Positions 38,342 through 47,221 of a stretch of 64,000 bases of DNA are shown here, one piece after another; the first letter of the stretch is position 1, and the number at the start of each line of letters is the position of its first letter. The position numbers and the translations under genes were made by a program. The DNA is taken from positions 1 through 64,000 of the forward strand of contig CAVPNL010000014.1 of the NCBI GenBank assembly GCA_963706575.1. Reading direction: 5' to 3'. This DNA is from an uncultured delta proteobacterium (lineage in GTDB: Bacteria; Desulfobacterota; Desulfobacteria; Desulfobacterales; JAHEIW01). The notes under the pieces were generated by a model. That model was not told the origin of the DNA. It ran no database searches and was given only the letters and a program-made list of their open reading frames with translations.

Positions 38342-38549
38342 CCTAAATTGAGCGTTTCAAATTGTAAAAATGGATCATTTTATCTTATATTCAAGGAATT
38401 CTGCCGATCTTAATTTTTAAAATTTGAAACCCTTCGGGATTGCCAATCTTACCGCATCTACTGTGTTAGATGCCGTTCCGCATAGTCAACTATAGCGGAA
38501 CAACATCTGCCTTGTAGCTGCGGCAACCATGACAATCGCTCAACTTAGG
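38342..38549. mobile_element. Second MITE-like family, composite/nested
   Basis: Outer IR CCTAAATTGAGCG/CGCTCAACTTAGG; inner IR tttcaaattgtaaaaat/atttttaaaatttgaaa; ~105 bp palindromic insert at 38431-38536. Confidence 0.72.
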
Positions 38550-38603
38550 TTTAAGAAATCCCTGCGGCTGATGGTGGCGATCGGTTTGTTTTTCGTGCGA
38601 TTT

Positions 38604-39485
38604 TTATGAAAAGGTTTTTTCATTTTTTAGGAAATCGACGATGACCTCTGTGGTTTTATCCGGCCTTTCCATCGGAACGAAGTGGCCGGCGTCTTCAAAA
38701 CACCGCAAGGCAGTTTGCGGAGCTTTGGCTTTAAATCTCTTCGCTGCTGAAGCCAGGAAGGTGTCAGACTTGGCACCATACAAGACTAAAGCCGGCTTTT
38801 GCAGTCGAGGAATATAACGCCATATATCATGCGGGCAGGCGGCAAAACACTTTGACTCCCAGGCAGGATTACAGCTCAACCGGATGGTCTCGTTTCCGGT
38901 CTCCTCGGTGCCTTCGCCAATGTAAGCATCCAGAAATCCATCTTGCCAGGTCCGGAACACCGGTTTGATCTGGTAGTCTTCCAGCATGCTTTTTTGATCG
39001 GGCCATTCGCTTCTGCGCTTGGCCGCTGTCGCAATAATCGGTACAAACCTGGCAAGTCCGGTTAACTTGGCTATATACCACCACCACATCCACGAAAAAG
39101 GCAAAATGGTGGGATCGATGAGAATCAGCGCACGAATCAAATCCGGCCTTTTGATCGCTAAAAGCAAACTGACGGTAGCCCCACGGGAGTGGCCCATCGC
39201 AATTACGGGTTCCCCTAAATTTTCTACAAAGCGCTCTAAATCATCGACAAAGATGTCCCAATTTTTCAGTTCCTGAGGATTGGCAGGCGCTTTGGTGCCG
39301 CCATGCCCCCTGTCATCCATGCCCAAGATTTTAAGGTGAGGTTTCAGTCTTTCAGCCAGGGGGGTATAAGTCCCGGCACATAATCCGGTTGCATGGGCAA
39401 AATGCGCCAATGGCCCTTTCCCGTCCCAGTCGACAAAGTGAAATTTTCCGTCCGTCCCCTGGAATGTATGATCCTCTCGAGCCAT
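38604..39485 (-). CDS. Alpha/beta hydrolase
   Basis: HATG, DDRGHG, GHSRG nucleophile elbow, AGHFVPMERP. Confidence 0.92.
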   Translation of the reverse strand: MAREDHTFQGTDGKFHFVDWDGKGPLAHFAHATGLCAGTYTPLAERLKPHLKILGMDDRGHGGTKAPANPQELKNWDIFVDDLERFVENLGEPVIAMGHSRGATVSLLLAIKRPDLIRALILIDPTILPFSWMWWWYIAKLTGLARFVPIIATAAKRRSEWPDQKSMLEDYQIKPVFRTWQDGFLDAYIGEGTEETGNETIRLSCNPAWESKCFAACPHDIWRYIPRLQKPALVLYGAKSDTFLASAAKRFKAKAPQTALRCFEDAGHFVPMERPDKTTEVIVDFLKNEKTFS

Positions 39486-39602
39486 ATATATCTCAGAAAT
39501 TCCAAAATTGATTCAAGTTAATGATCTTTTAATCGCCTGGTTTATATCGCTTCAATTGTAAGCGTACCGAACTAATTTGTATTAAAGAAGTAATAACCGG
39601 TT

Positions 39603-40745
39603 TTAGAGGCCCATGAATTTGGCCGCGATATTTTTCATAATCTCGTTGGTCCCCGCAAATATCGACATCACCCGGACATCCCGCCAGGCCCGGGCAATCT
39701 GACAGGTTTCCAGAATCCCGAAACTTCCGCAAAAATCAAGCGCGCGGTCGGCAATTCGTTTTACCATATCCGTGGTCCAGTATTTGGCCATGGAAGTTTC
39801 AATCACCACATTTTCACCTTCCATATGATCCCTGACTAATTTTTCAACGAAGGCCCGGCCCAGTTTTACATCGGTTGCCATTTCGATCAAACCGAATTGA
39901 ACGGCTTGGGATTTCGATATGGGCTTGCCCGAAATCTCGGTATTCTGGCAGTATTCCATCGACCATTCCATTATGCGCTCTGCACCCGCAACCGCCCAGA
40001 CGGCACAAACCAGACGCTCCTGCTGCAGTTTTTCCATCAGCATTAAAAACCCGTCGCCCTTTTTACCCAGGCGATTCGTTTTGGGGATGCGACACTTTGA
40101 AAAGAACAACTCCGCCGTGTCCTGGCTCCACAAACCCATTTTTTTCAAGCGGCGCCCTTTTTCGAACCCCGGAGTTTCGGATTCAACCACATAAAGGGAA
40201 ATCGCCTGGTAGGGATCTGCCACCTCAGGGTCCCGCGCGGCCACCACAACCAGATCGGCAAGGATGCCGTTGGATATGAATGTTTTAGAGCCGTTGAGCA
40301 CGACTTCATTCCCTTCTTCGACCGCCGAAGTTGAGATGCCGGCCAGATCACTGCCGGCACCCGGCTCTGTCATGGCCACCGCCGTCACGATGTCTCCGGA
40401 GACACAACCGGGCAGATATTTTTTCTTAAGGGCATCCGAGGCATATGACGTAATGTAAGGAACCACGATATCACTGTGCAGGGGTGCCACCAGACCATTT
40501 TGGCCGGTACGGGAAAGCTCTTCGATTACAATCACAGAATGAAGAAAATCCCCGCCAGGACCCCCGTAATCGGGAGAGGCTTCCGGACAAAGAAACCCGG
40601 CCTGGCCCATTTTTTTCCAGGCCGTTTTCGGAACGATGCCGGCTTTCTCCCATTCATCGGCATGGGGCGTCACTTCCTTTTCCAAAAAACGGCGCAGCCG
40701 TTGCCGGAATTCACGATGGTCCTCGCTGTATTCTAATATTTCCAT
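39603..40745 (-). CDS. Acyl-CoA dehydrogenase (LCAD-like)
   Basis: AVAMTEPGAGSDL, LNGSKTFISNG, LQQERL, IFAGTNEIMK. Confidence 0.95.
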   Translation of the reverse strand: MEILEYSEDHREFRQRLRRFLEKEVTPHADEWEKAGIVPKTAWKKMGQAGFLCPEASPDYGGPGGDFLHSVIVIEELSRTGQNGLVAPLHSDIVVPYITSYASDALKKKYLPGCVSGDIVTAVAMTEPGAGSDLAGISTSAVEEGNEVVLNGSKTFISNGILADLVVVAARDPEVADPYQAISLYVVESETPGFEKGRRLKKMGLWSQDTAELFFSKCRIPKTNRLGKKGDGFLMLMEKLQQERLVCAVWAVAGAERIMEWSMEYCQNTEISGKPISKSQAVQFGLIEMATDVKLGRAFVEKLVRDHMEGENVVIETSMAKYWTTDMVKRIADRALDFCGSFGILETCQIARAWRDVRVMSIFAGTNEIMKNIAAKFMGL

Positions 40746-40759
40746 CTGTTATGCTCACT

Positions 40760-40925
40760 TCGTTCGCGCGTTAGGAGCACTTCGTTTGAGGAGCGCTCCG
40801 CTTGAAGAGCGTACTGTCCGGGCAGGACTTGAGGTCGATATTGTCTGCCTCAATCCTTGAGTTCCGCAGGAACGCTCTTCGAGGCTCAAAGAGCCGCTCA
40901 TAGAGGCCCCCGGTGGGCCGCTCTG
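40760..40925. repeat. GC-rich multi-hairpin intergenic element
   Basis: gaagagcgt...acgctcttc inverted pair plus small hairpins ggctcaaagagcc and ggcccccggtgggcc. Confidence 0.5.
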
Positions 40926-40929
40926 TTCT

Positions 40930-41076
40930 TAGAATCCATCTCAAAAAGGTGGATTAGGGTTCATGGCAAGGCGCGGTTTGGCGAAAAAGCGGAGCATACA
41001 TGTCAGTATGTGAGCATTTTGAGCCGAGCCGCAACACCGCCATGGGCACTTAGACGCCTTTTTGAGATGGATTCTA
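40930..41076 (+). mobile_element. MITE-like element, 147 bp, with perfect 20 bp TIR
   Basis: TAGAATCCATCTCAAAAAGG...CCTTTTTGAGATGGATTCTA; right end supplies the thiolase stop; core agcatacatgtcagtatgtgagcattt. Confidence 0.88.
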
Positions 41077-42282
41077 TTTGTATTTGCCGATTATGGAAAT
41101 ACTGCACACATTCATGGCCGGAAAGCCGCCCAGATTATGGGTCAGCCCGTATCTGGGATTTTCCAGCTGACGCTCACCGGCCCGTCCGTGAAACTGCAGA
41201 TAAAGCTCATAAAGCATTCTAAGCCCGGATGCCCCGATGGGATGGCCAAAACACTTCAGGCCGCCGTCCACCTGGCAGGGAATCGTTCCGTCCCGGTCGT
41301 AAAATCCGTCCATAACATCTTTATAGGCCTGTCCTCTTTCTGAAATATGAAGGTCTTCCATCGTCACCAACTCGGTAATCGAAAAACAATCATGGACCTC
41401 CATCATGTCGATGTCTTCCCGCGGTTTCGTGATGCCGGCTTCCTTGTAAACCTCGGTGCTGCATTTGCTGGTGGTGATAAAATGATCGCCGTCCCAGTCG
41501 TTGTAACCCATCTCCTCCCCGCTGCTCAATGCCAACTGAAGGCCTTTGACGGTGACAAAATCTTTTTTGCCCAGCTTTTTGGCGATTGCAGGCGTCGTCA
41601 CAATCGCACAGGCAGCACCATCGCTGACACCGCAGCAGTCAAACAGACCCAGCGGATGGGCGATAATCGGAGCCGCCATCACCTGATCTTCAGTCACCGC
41701 TTTGCGCAGGTGGGCTTTGGGATTCAGGGCACCATTGGCATGGCTTTTGGCGGAAACGTGCGCCATGGCGCGTTTGAGGTCCTGGTCGGGCACCTTATAT
41801 TTGGCGGCATAGGCGCTGGCCAGCTGGGCAAACGCACCGGGAGCCGTCATGTTCGGAAACCACTGCCAGTTAAGGCTTCCGGAATCCGATCCCGTGAAAC
41901 TGGGCAGACCGCCATAGCCGGTGTCTTTGAGCTTCTCTACCCCCAGGGCCAGGCAGATATCGTAGGCGCCGGATGCCACCGCATAACAGGCGCCGCGAAA
42001 AGCTTCTGTTCCGGTGGCGCAAAAATTCTCAACCCGGGTGACCGGAATCATGGGAAGGCGAAGCGTCAACGACATGGGCAGCGCACTTTTGCCGACATTG
42101 ATACCCTCGAAGCAGGTGCCCAGCCAGGCGGCGCCGATATCTTTTTTGTCGATTCCGGCATCCTCCAGGCATTCTTGAAAGGCCTCAACCATTAATTCTT
42201 CAGCACCCATATCCCAGCGCTCGCCAAAGCGGGTACATCCCATTCCGATGATGGCGACTTTGTCTTTTATTCCCGTAGCCAT
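41074..42282 (-). CDS. SCP2/SCPx-type thiolase
   Basis: ENFCATG (catalytic Cys), VHDCF, GHPIGASG, HNLGG. Confidence 0.93.
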   Translation of the reverse strand: MATGIKDKVAIIGMGCTRFGERWDMGAEELMVEAFQECLEDAGIDKKDIGAAWLGTCFEGINVGKSALPMSLTLRLPMIPVTRVENFCATGTEAFRGACYAVASGAYDICLALGVEKLKDTGYGGLPSFTGSDSGSLNWQWFPNMTAPGAFAQLASAYAAKYKVPDQDLKRAMAHVSAKSHANGALNPKAHLRKAVTEDQVMAAPIIAHPLGLFDCCGVSDGAACAIVTTPAIAKKLGKKDFVTVKGLQLALSSGEEMGYNDWDGDHFITTSKCSTEVYKEAGITKPREDIDMMEVHDCFSITELVTMEDLHISERGQAYKDVMDGFYDRDGTIPCQVDGGLKCFGHPIGASGLRMLYELYLQFHGRAGERQLENPRYGLTHNLGGFPAMNVCSISIIGKYK

Positions 42283-42301
42283 AGTTCTTCCTTTCAGTCA
42301 G

Positions 42302-42389
42302 AAGCATAGCGCATGGCGCATGGCGCATAGCGTTCAATTCATAATGCTTCCAAAAATATCGCTATGCGCTTTGCCCTTTGCGCTTTGCG
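42302..42389. repeat. Heptamer fold-back repeat (GCGCATR)n...(TGCGCTT)n
   Basis: gcatagcgcatggcgcatggcgcatagcg...cgctatgcgctttgccctttgcgctttgcg. Confidence 0.82.
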
Positions 42390-42464
42390 TTATTTTCCAA
42401 ACGAAAATAACCTTTCGAGCAGCTGCGACTTCATGATGTCACCTTCGATTTTCAGCTTGCCGGC
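42390..42464 (-). pseudogene. Out-of-frame C-terminal remnant of an SCP2 domain
   Basis: Translates AGKLKIEGDIMKSQLLERLFSFGK*, homologous to SGKLVISGDLMKSQLIEKLFKFKI* at the end of 44921-47041. Confidence 0.82.
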
Positions 42465-44839
42465 TCGGTAGGGGGCGGCGCAATCAGCGCAAAAATAGCG
42501 CCATTGGCTTCTTTAAACTCCTGGGCTCCGTCGAGGGTGTTTATTTTTCCCCAGTTTTCGTGAATCAGCTCGGGGGTCGGCGGATTGTTCTGATCTCCCA
42601 GTTGAACGGCTGGTCCGGTCAGGACCGCTGCACGGTTAAAATAACCCATGCCGCAATTAAAAATGCCGCCGCTTTCCTGACAGGCTTCGCTGCAAAGCAC
42701 CATGACGAGTGGTACGACAAATTCCGGTTTTGATTTTTCCAGCAGATCCGGCGGCATCACATCTTCGGTCAGCCGCGAAGCGGCTATGGGCGCAATGGTG
42801 TTAACGTGGATATTATACTTCATGCCTTCCAGCTTCAGGGTATTCATCAATCCGACCAGGGCCGTCTTGGCGGCGGAATAATTGGTTTGTCCGAAATTGC
42901 CGTATAAGCCTGCCGCCGAGGTGGTCATCACAATCCGCCCGTAACCATTGTCCTTCATGGCGGCCATCGCCGGGCGCGTAACGAAATAAGCGCCGTTGAG
43001 GTGAACATCTAAAACCGCCTGCCAGTTTTCAGGCTCCATTTTTAAAAAGGTTTTATCTCTGAGGATGCCGGCATTGTTGATCAGGATGTCCACCCGACCA
43101 AAGGCATCCAGCGCGGTCTTAACGATATTCTCACCGCCTTCGGCAGTGGCGACATTATCGTAGTTAGCTACGGCTTCGCCGCCCGTGCGCTTGATCTCTT
43201 CAACCACCTCATCGGCCGGGCTTTTTGATCCTTTACCTGAGCCGTCGCGCGCACCTCCCAGATCGTTGACCACCACCCTGGCCCCGCTTTGGGCCAAGGC
43301 CAGCGCATATGCCCGGCCCAGGCCCGCACCGGCGCCGGTCACAATCGCCACGCGCTCATCAAAGCGCATCCCGCCGCCGCCTTCAATGGCAGCGGGCAGC
43401 GGGACGGCCTTCCAGAAGTAGTTTACAAAGCCGCGCTCCGGGTCCACCCCTTTGCGTTTGAAGGCCATTTGCACTGGCAGCCCCACCTTCAGATCATCGA
43501 GTTCACAATCGGTAAAATCAGCCACCAAGCGCCCGCCGTCTTCAAATTGCACCATGCCGTATATTGCCGGAGGGTCTACCGAGACCGAAAGCATATCGGC
43601 GGTAAAGGTTTTAACCCGCGCCGGCATATCGGCAAATTCATAATCTTCCTGGCTGTGGAAAGCGCCGCAGCCGGGATTGACGCAGATATCCATCTTCGGG
43701 AACTGGGGGGTTCCGCAGCGTTTGCATTTACCGCCCACCAGGCCTAAAATCATTTTATTCTTGCGCCACAAAACGGTAGTGGCCGTCTGGGTCGGTGCTT
43801 CGGCCCGAATGCCCATCTCGGTCTGAATCAGATCTCTGAATTTTAGCCACTTGAGATAGTTGTCCTCGGTCTTTTTATTCGCCAGGGACCCGGCAACACC
43901 GTTTCTTTCGGCCAACCGGGTGATGTTTTCGGTCACCTCTAACAGCAGGGCATTGGCGCCCTGGCCAAAGCCGATCATCAGAATCCGATCGCCCGGCCGG
44001 GCCTCTTCCAGGGCCGATATAAACATGATAAACGGGTGGGCCGTGCCGGTTTCACCGCAGACCTCATGCATATTATCCACCAGTTTGTCGGCATCGGCGC
44101 CCAGTTGCGCGGCGATATTGCGGTGGTCGCGTTTAAAAATACAGGGAAAAACCAGTTTGTCGACATCATCCATGCTGATGCCCAGCTTTTCAAACAGGCC
44201 ATTGACCACCTCGGGAATAATGCGGCCGTAGCCGGCATCTCTGGCCCAGCGTTCTTCCCAGACATAGTCGTACTTTTTATCGGAACCGCGGTAATGATCG
44301 ACAAATTCATGGGCCACGGAGTACGATCCCTTGTATTCAGCGATAACATTTGTATCGCCGACCATCAGAGAGGCCGCGCCATCACCGAACCACATTTCAT
44401 AAAAATAAGCGGCTTTGGTTTCACGTCTATCGGTGGCGGCCACCAGGATACTGTTTCTTTCGCCGCTTTTGACCGATTCCAGGGCGGTGATCATCGCGGT
44501 GGTCGAGGCTTTCTGGGAAGCGGTAAAATCCGCCGTAACCAGGTTATCTTTGAGATTGAGCGCCGCCGAAACGATCCCGGCATTTTGTCGATCGGCAAAC
44601 GGCTGGGTTGTGGAGGCCAGATAGAGGGCATCCAGGTTTTGCTTGTCCTTACCTCGCAGGCAGTCACGGGAGGCGGCCACCGCCATCGTAATGGCATCTT
44701 CATCCCAGTTACACATGGACCGTTCTCCCTGTGCAACCATCATCAGCGCGGGCGCAAACCAGCCCATGGCTTGAAATATCGCCATACGCTCCAATCTCAA
44801 CCTCGGAATATAGGCTCCATAGGAAGTGATACCGATCAT
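42452..44839 (-). CDS. Fusion of HMG-CoA-synthase-like fold, DUF35 (Zn ribbon/OB) and MFE-2-type SDR dehydrogenase
   Basis: MIGITSYGAYIPRLRL..DEDAITMAV..FGDGAA..GETGTA..GFGQG; CKRC..CVNPGC plus YGMVQFEDGGR..YFWKAVP; TGAGAGLG..NNAG..YSAAK. Confidence 0.9.
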   Translation of the reverse strand: MIGITSYGAYIPRLRLERMAIFQAMGWFAPALMMVAQGERSMCNWDEDAITMAVAASRDCLRGKDKQNLDALYLASTTQPFADRQNAGIVSAALNLKDNLVTADFTASQKASTTAMITALESVKSGERNSILVAATDRRETKAAYFYEMWFGDGAASLMVGDTNVIAEYKGSYSVAHEFVDHYRGSDKKYDYVWEERWARDAGYGRIIPEVVNGLFEKLGISMDDVDKLVFPCIFKRDHRNIAAQLGADADKLVDNMHEVCGETGTAHPFIMFISALEEARPGDRILMIGFGQGANALLLEVTENITRLAERNGVAGSLANKKTEDNYLKWLKFRDLIQTEMGIRAEAPTQTATTVLWRKNKMILGLVGGKCKRCGTPQFPKMDICVNPGCGAFHSQEDYEFADMPARVKTFTADMLSVSVDPPAIYGMVQFEDGGRLVADFTDCELDDLKVGLPVQMAFKRKGVDPERGFVNYFWKAVPLPAAIEGGGGMRFDERVAIVTGAGAGLGRAYALALAQSGARVVVNDLGGARDGSGKGSKSPADEVVEEIKRTGGEAVANYDNVATAEGGENIVKTALDAFGRVDILINNAGILRDKTFLKMEPENWQAVLDVHLNGAYFVTRPAMAAMKDNGYGRIVMTTSAAGLYGNFGQTNYSAAKTALVGLMNTLKLEGMKYNIHVNTIAPIAASRLTEDVMPPDLLEKSKPEFVVPLVMVLCSEACQESGGIFNCGMGYFNRAAVLTGPAVQLGDQNNPPTPELIHENWGKINTLDGAQEFKEANGAIFALIAPPPTEPAS

Positions 44840-44857
44840 TTTTTAACTCCCTCCTGA

Positions 44858-44885
44858 ATTGCGGATTGCGGATTGCGGATTGCGG
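44858..44885. repeat. (ATTGCGG)x4 perfect tandem repeat
   Basis: Four exact heptamers between two operon genes. Confidence 0.92.
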
Positions 44886-44920
44886 AATAAAAACAAATGA
44901 AAATTTTCATTTTTGTATTC

Positions 44921-47041
44921 CTATATTTTGAATTTGAACAGCTTTTCAATAAGCTGTGATTTCATTAGATCACCGCTGATGACCAGCTTGCCCGACGTAT
45001 AGGCCTGCATGGCCGGCAAAACGCCGTTCATCATATTAAGAAAATCAGCTGCTTCCATCTTCAAGGTGCAGCCCGGTTTTTCGTGCATGCCGGCCTCGAC
45101 TGCGCAGGTGCTGTCCTTGATCACACAATTCCAGTCACCACCGCCACCACCGCCAATGACGAACTGGAAGACAACATCCACGCCGGCAGCGGCATCCGCG
45201 ACAAACGCCTTTGGCATCTCATCGAATATATCATCTACGGTTTCAAACCCCTGCGCATGGGCCGTGCCGCCAACATCTGTGGCCGGCTTGGTGAAGGCCT
45301 GCAAAACATCACCGACCAATTCGGTTGTATTCCAGTATTCCTTGGCGCCTTTCAACGAGGTGACATCTTCCCATTGAGATAGAAGCTGCTCTGGATCCGG
45401 GACCTCCCGGCCATCACCCACAACAGTACCGGGCCCGGTCACAACGGCGGCCCGATTGAAACAACCCATTCCCACATTGTAAATATTACCGCTGACCGGA
45501 CATTGCTTCGACACCAGGTAGAGCGCCATGGGGGCCACCAGTTCCGGTTCCAGCTTATCGATGAAATCCGGCGGTAAAATGTCCGCGGTCAGGCGCGAAG
45601 CCGCCACCGGGGCGATGGTGTTGACCTTGATATTGGATCTTTCGCCTTCCAATTTTAAAGTGTTCATCAGGCCCACCAGGCCCATCTTGGCGGCCGAGTA
45701 ATTGGTCTGGCCGAAATTACCATAGAGCCCCGCCGCTGAAGTCGTCATCAGAATTCGTCCGTATCCCTTTTCCTTCATCACGCCAAAAGCCGGGCGCGAG
45801 ACATGATAGGCCCCGTTTAAGTGTACATCCAGGACCGCCTGCCAGTTTTGCGGTTCCATTTTCAAAAAGGTCTTGTCTCTGAGAATCCCGGCATTGTTGA
45901 TCAGGATATCGACCGTACCGAAGGCGTCCAGGGCCGTCTTAACGATACTTTCACCACCGCCAACAGTGGCCACATTGTCATGGTTTGCAACCGCTTCGCC
46001 ACCCAGGGCCTGAATCTCTTCAACCACCTGATCCGCCGGTTTTTTGGAGCCTTTGCCCGAACCGTCCGGGGCACCTCCCAGATCGTTGACCACCACGCGG
46101 GCACCCCGTTTGGCCAGCTCCAGGGCATACACGCGGCCGAGTCCGGCGCCGGCACCGGTGACAATCGCCACCTGACCGTCAAACCGAATTTCTTCCTTAA
46201 CCCTGTCGCCGTATTCGAAAATGCCGTTATCCATGACCACTTCGTTGGATTCGGCGTTGATCACGCGCCAGAGCGCCTGACCGTCATCGATTTGCCAGAT
46301 CAATGTTTTAATGGGCACACCGGGATACAGGGGGCGTTTAAACCGGCAGTCAAGCCGCCTGACCTTTTGCGGTTCATATGGGATCAAGGTTTCAATCAAG
46401 GCGCGGCAGGCATATCCATGGGTGCACAAACCGTGCATAATCGGCTTTTCAAAACCGGCCATTTTGGCAAATTCGCTGTCCACATGCAGTTGAAACGTAT
46501 CACCGGAAAGCCTGAAAATCAGCGGTTGGTCCGCTGTGGGCGCAGCCGCCACAACAAAATCCGGCTTTCGGTCCGGAAAAGAAATTTCTTTTTTGGGTGC
46601 ATCGTCACCGCCGAAACCGCCGTCCAGGCGCGCAAAAACAGTGGCAATGCTGGTAAACAATTTGGTGCCGTTTGAGTGATGGGTTTCAAATTCGGCGATG
46701 ATCAGGGCCCCTTTATTTTGGCCCTTGTCATAGTAGTGGGTAATGGCACCTTCGGTGATAAGGGCGCCTTCAGGCGGGATGGGGTTGTGGAAGACGATTT
46801 CATGCTCGCCGTGTAAAATGCCCGCCAGATTGACATTGCTGGAAATTGCCAGCTCGGGCATTAAATCATAAATGGTCGTAATCGCAAAGCTGGGAATGAT
46901 CTGCAAATCTTTTTCATAACAATAATCCAGATCCCCAAACCCGGCGCCCACCCCGAGCGCATAGAGCACGATGTCCTTCCAGGTGTAATCTTTGGTGAAC
47001 GGTCCGATTTTTTTCCCGATGGCATTCAGGTCTAAAGCCAT
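44921..47041 (-). CDS. Fusion of (R)-hydratase-2 double hotdog, SDR 3-hydroxyacyl-CoA dehydrogenase and SCP2
   Basis: LYALGVG, ILHGEH, FRLSGDTFQLH..GFEKPIMHGLC; TGAGAGLG..YSAAK; C-terminal VDVVFQF..MQAYTSGKLVISGD. Confidence 0.93.
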   Translation of the reverse strand: MALDLNAIGKKIGPFTKDYTWKDIVLYALGVGAGFGDLDYCYEKDLQIIPSFAITTIYDLMPELAISSNVNLAGILHGEHEIVFHNPIPPEGALITEGAITHYYDKGQNKGALIIAEFETHHSNGTKLFTSIATVFARLDGGFGGDDAPKKEISFPDRKPDFVVAAAPTADQPLIFRLSGDTFQLHVDSEFAKMAGFEKPIMHGLCTHGYACRALIETLIPYEPQKVRRLDCRFKRPLYPGVPIKTLIWQIDDGQALWRVINAESNEVVMDNGIFEYGDRVKEEIRFDGQVAIVTGAGAGLGRVYALELAKRGARVVVNDLGGAPDGSGKGSKKPADQVVEEIQALGGEAVANHDNVATVGGGESIVKTALDAFGTVDILINNAGILRDKTFLKMEPQNWQAVLDVHLNGAYHVSRPAFGVMKEKGYGRILMTTSAAGLYGNFGQTNYSAAKMGLVGLMNTLKLEGERSNIKVNTIAPVAASRLTADILPPDFIDKLEPELVAPMALYLVSKQCPVSGNIYNVGMGCFNRAAVVTGPGTVVGDGREVPDPEQLLSQWEDVTSLKGAKEYWNTTELVGDVLQAFTKPATDVGGTAHAQGFETVDDIFDEMPKAFVADAAAGVDVVFQFVIGGGGGGDWNCVIKDSTCAVEAGMHEKPGCTLKMEAADFLNMMNGVLPAMQAYTSGKLVISGDLMKSQLIEKLFKFKI

Positions 47042-47068
47042 ATCTTCCCTCCGGCTCGATGTTAATCA

Positions 47069-47155
47069 TTATTCGTTATTCGTTATTGGGTATCGGGTAT
47101 TAGTTCTGTCTAAAATTAAATCAGTTTCCAGTAACAAATAACGAATAACCAATAA
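47069..47155. repeat. Heptamer fold-back repeat (TTATTCG)n...(CGAATAA)n
   Basis: ttattcgttattcgttattgggtatcgggtatt...taacaaataacgaataaccaataa. Confidence 0.8.
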
Positions 47156-47221
47156 AATCCTATTTTAGCGTGAAGACCGCACCAGCATGAATTTCAATGT
47201 CTCCTTGACGACATCCACGTA

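Noticed and set aside
41347..46675. Long plus-strand ORFs (41347-42195, 44036-44857, 45821-46675)
   Set aside because: Antisense shadows of well-supported beta-oxidation genes, expected from GC-rich codon bias.
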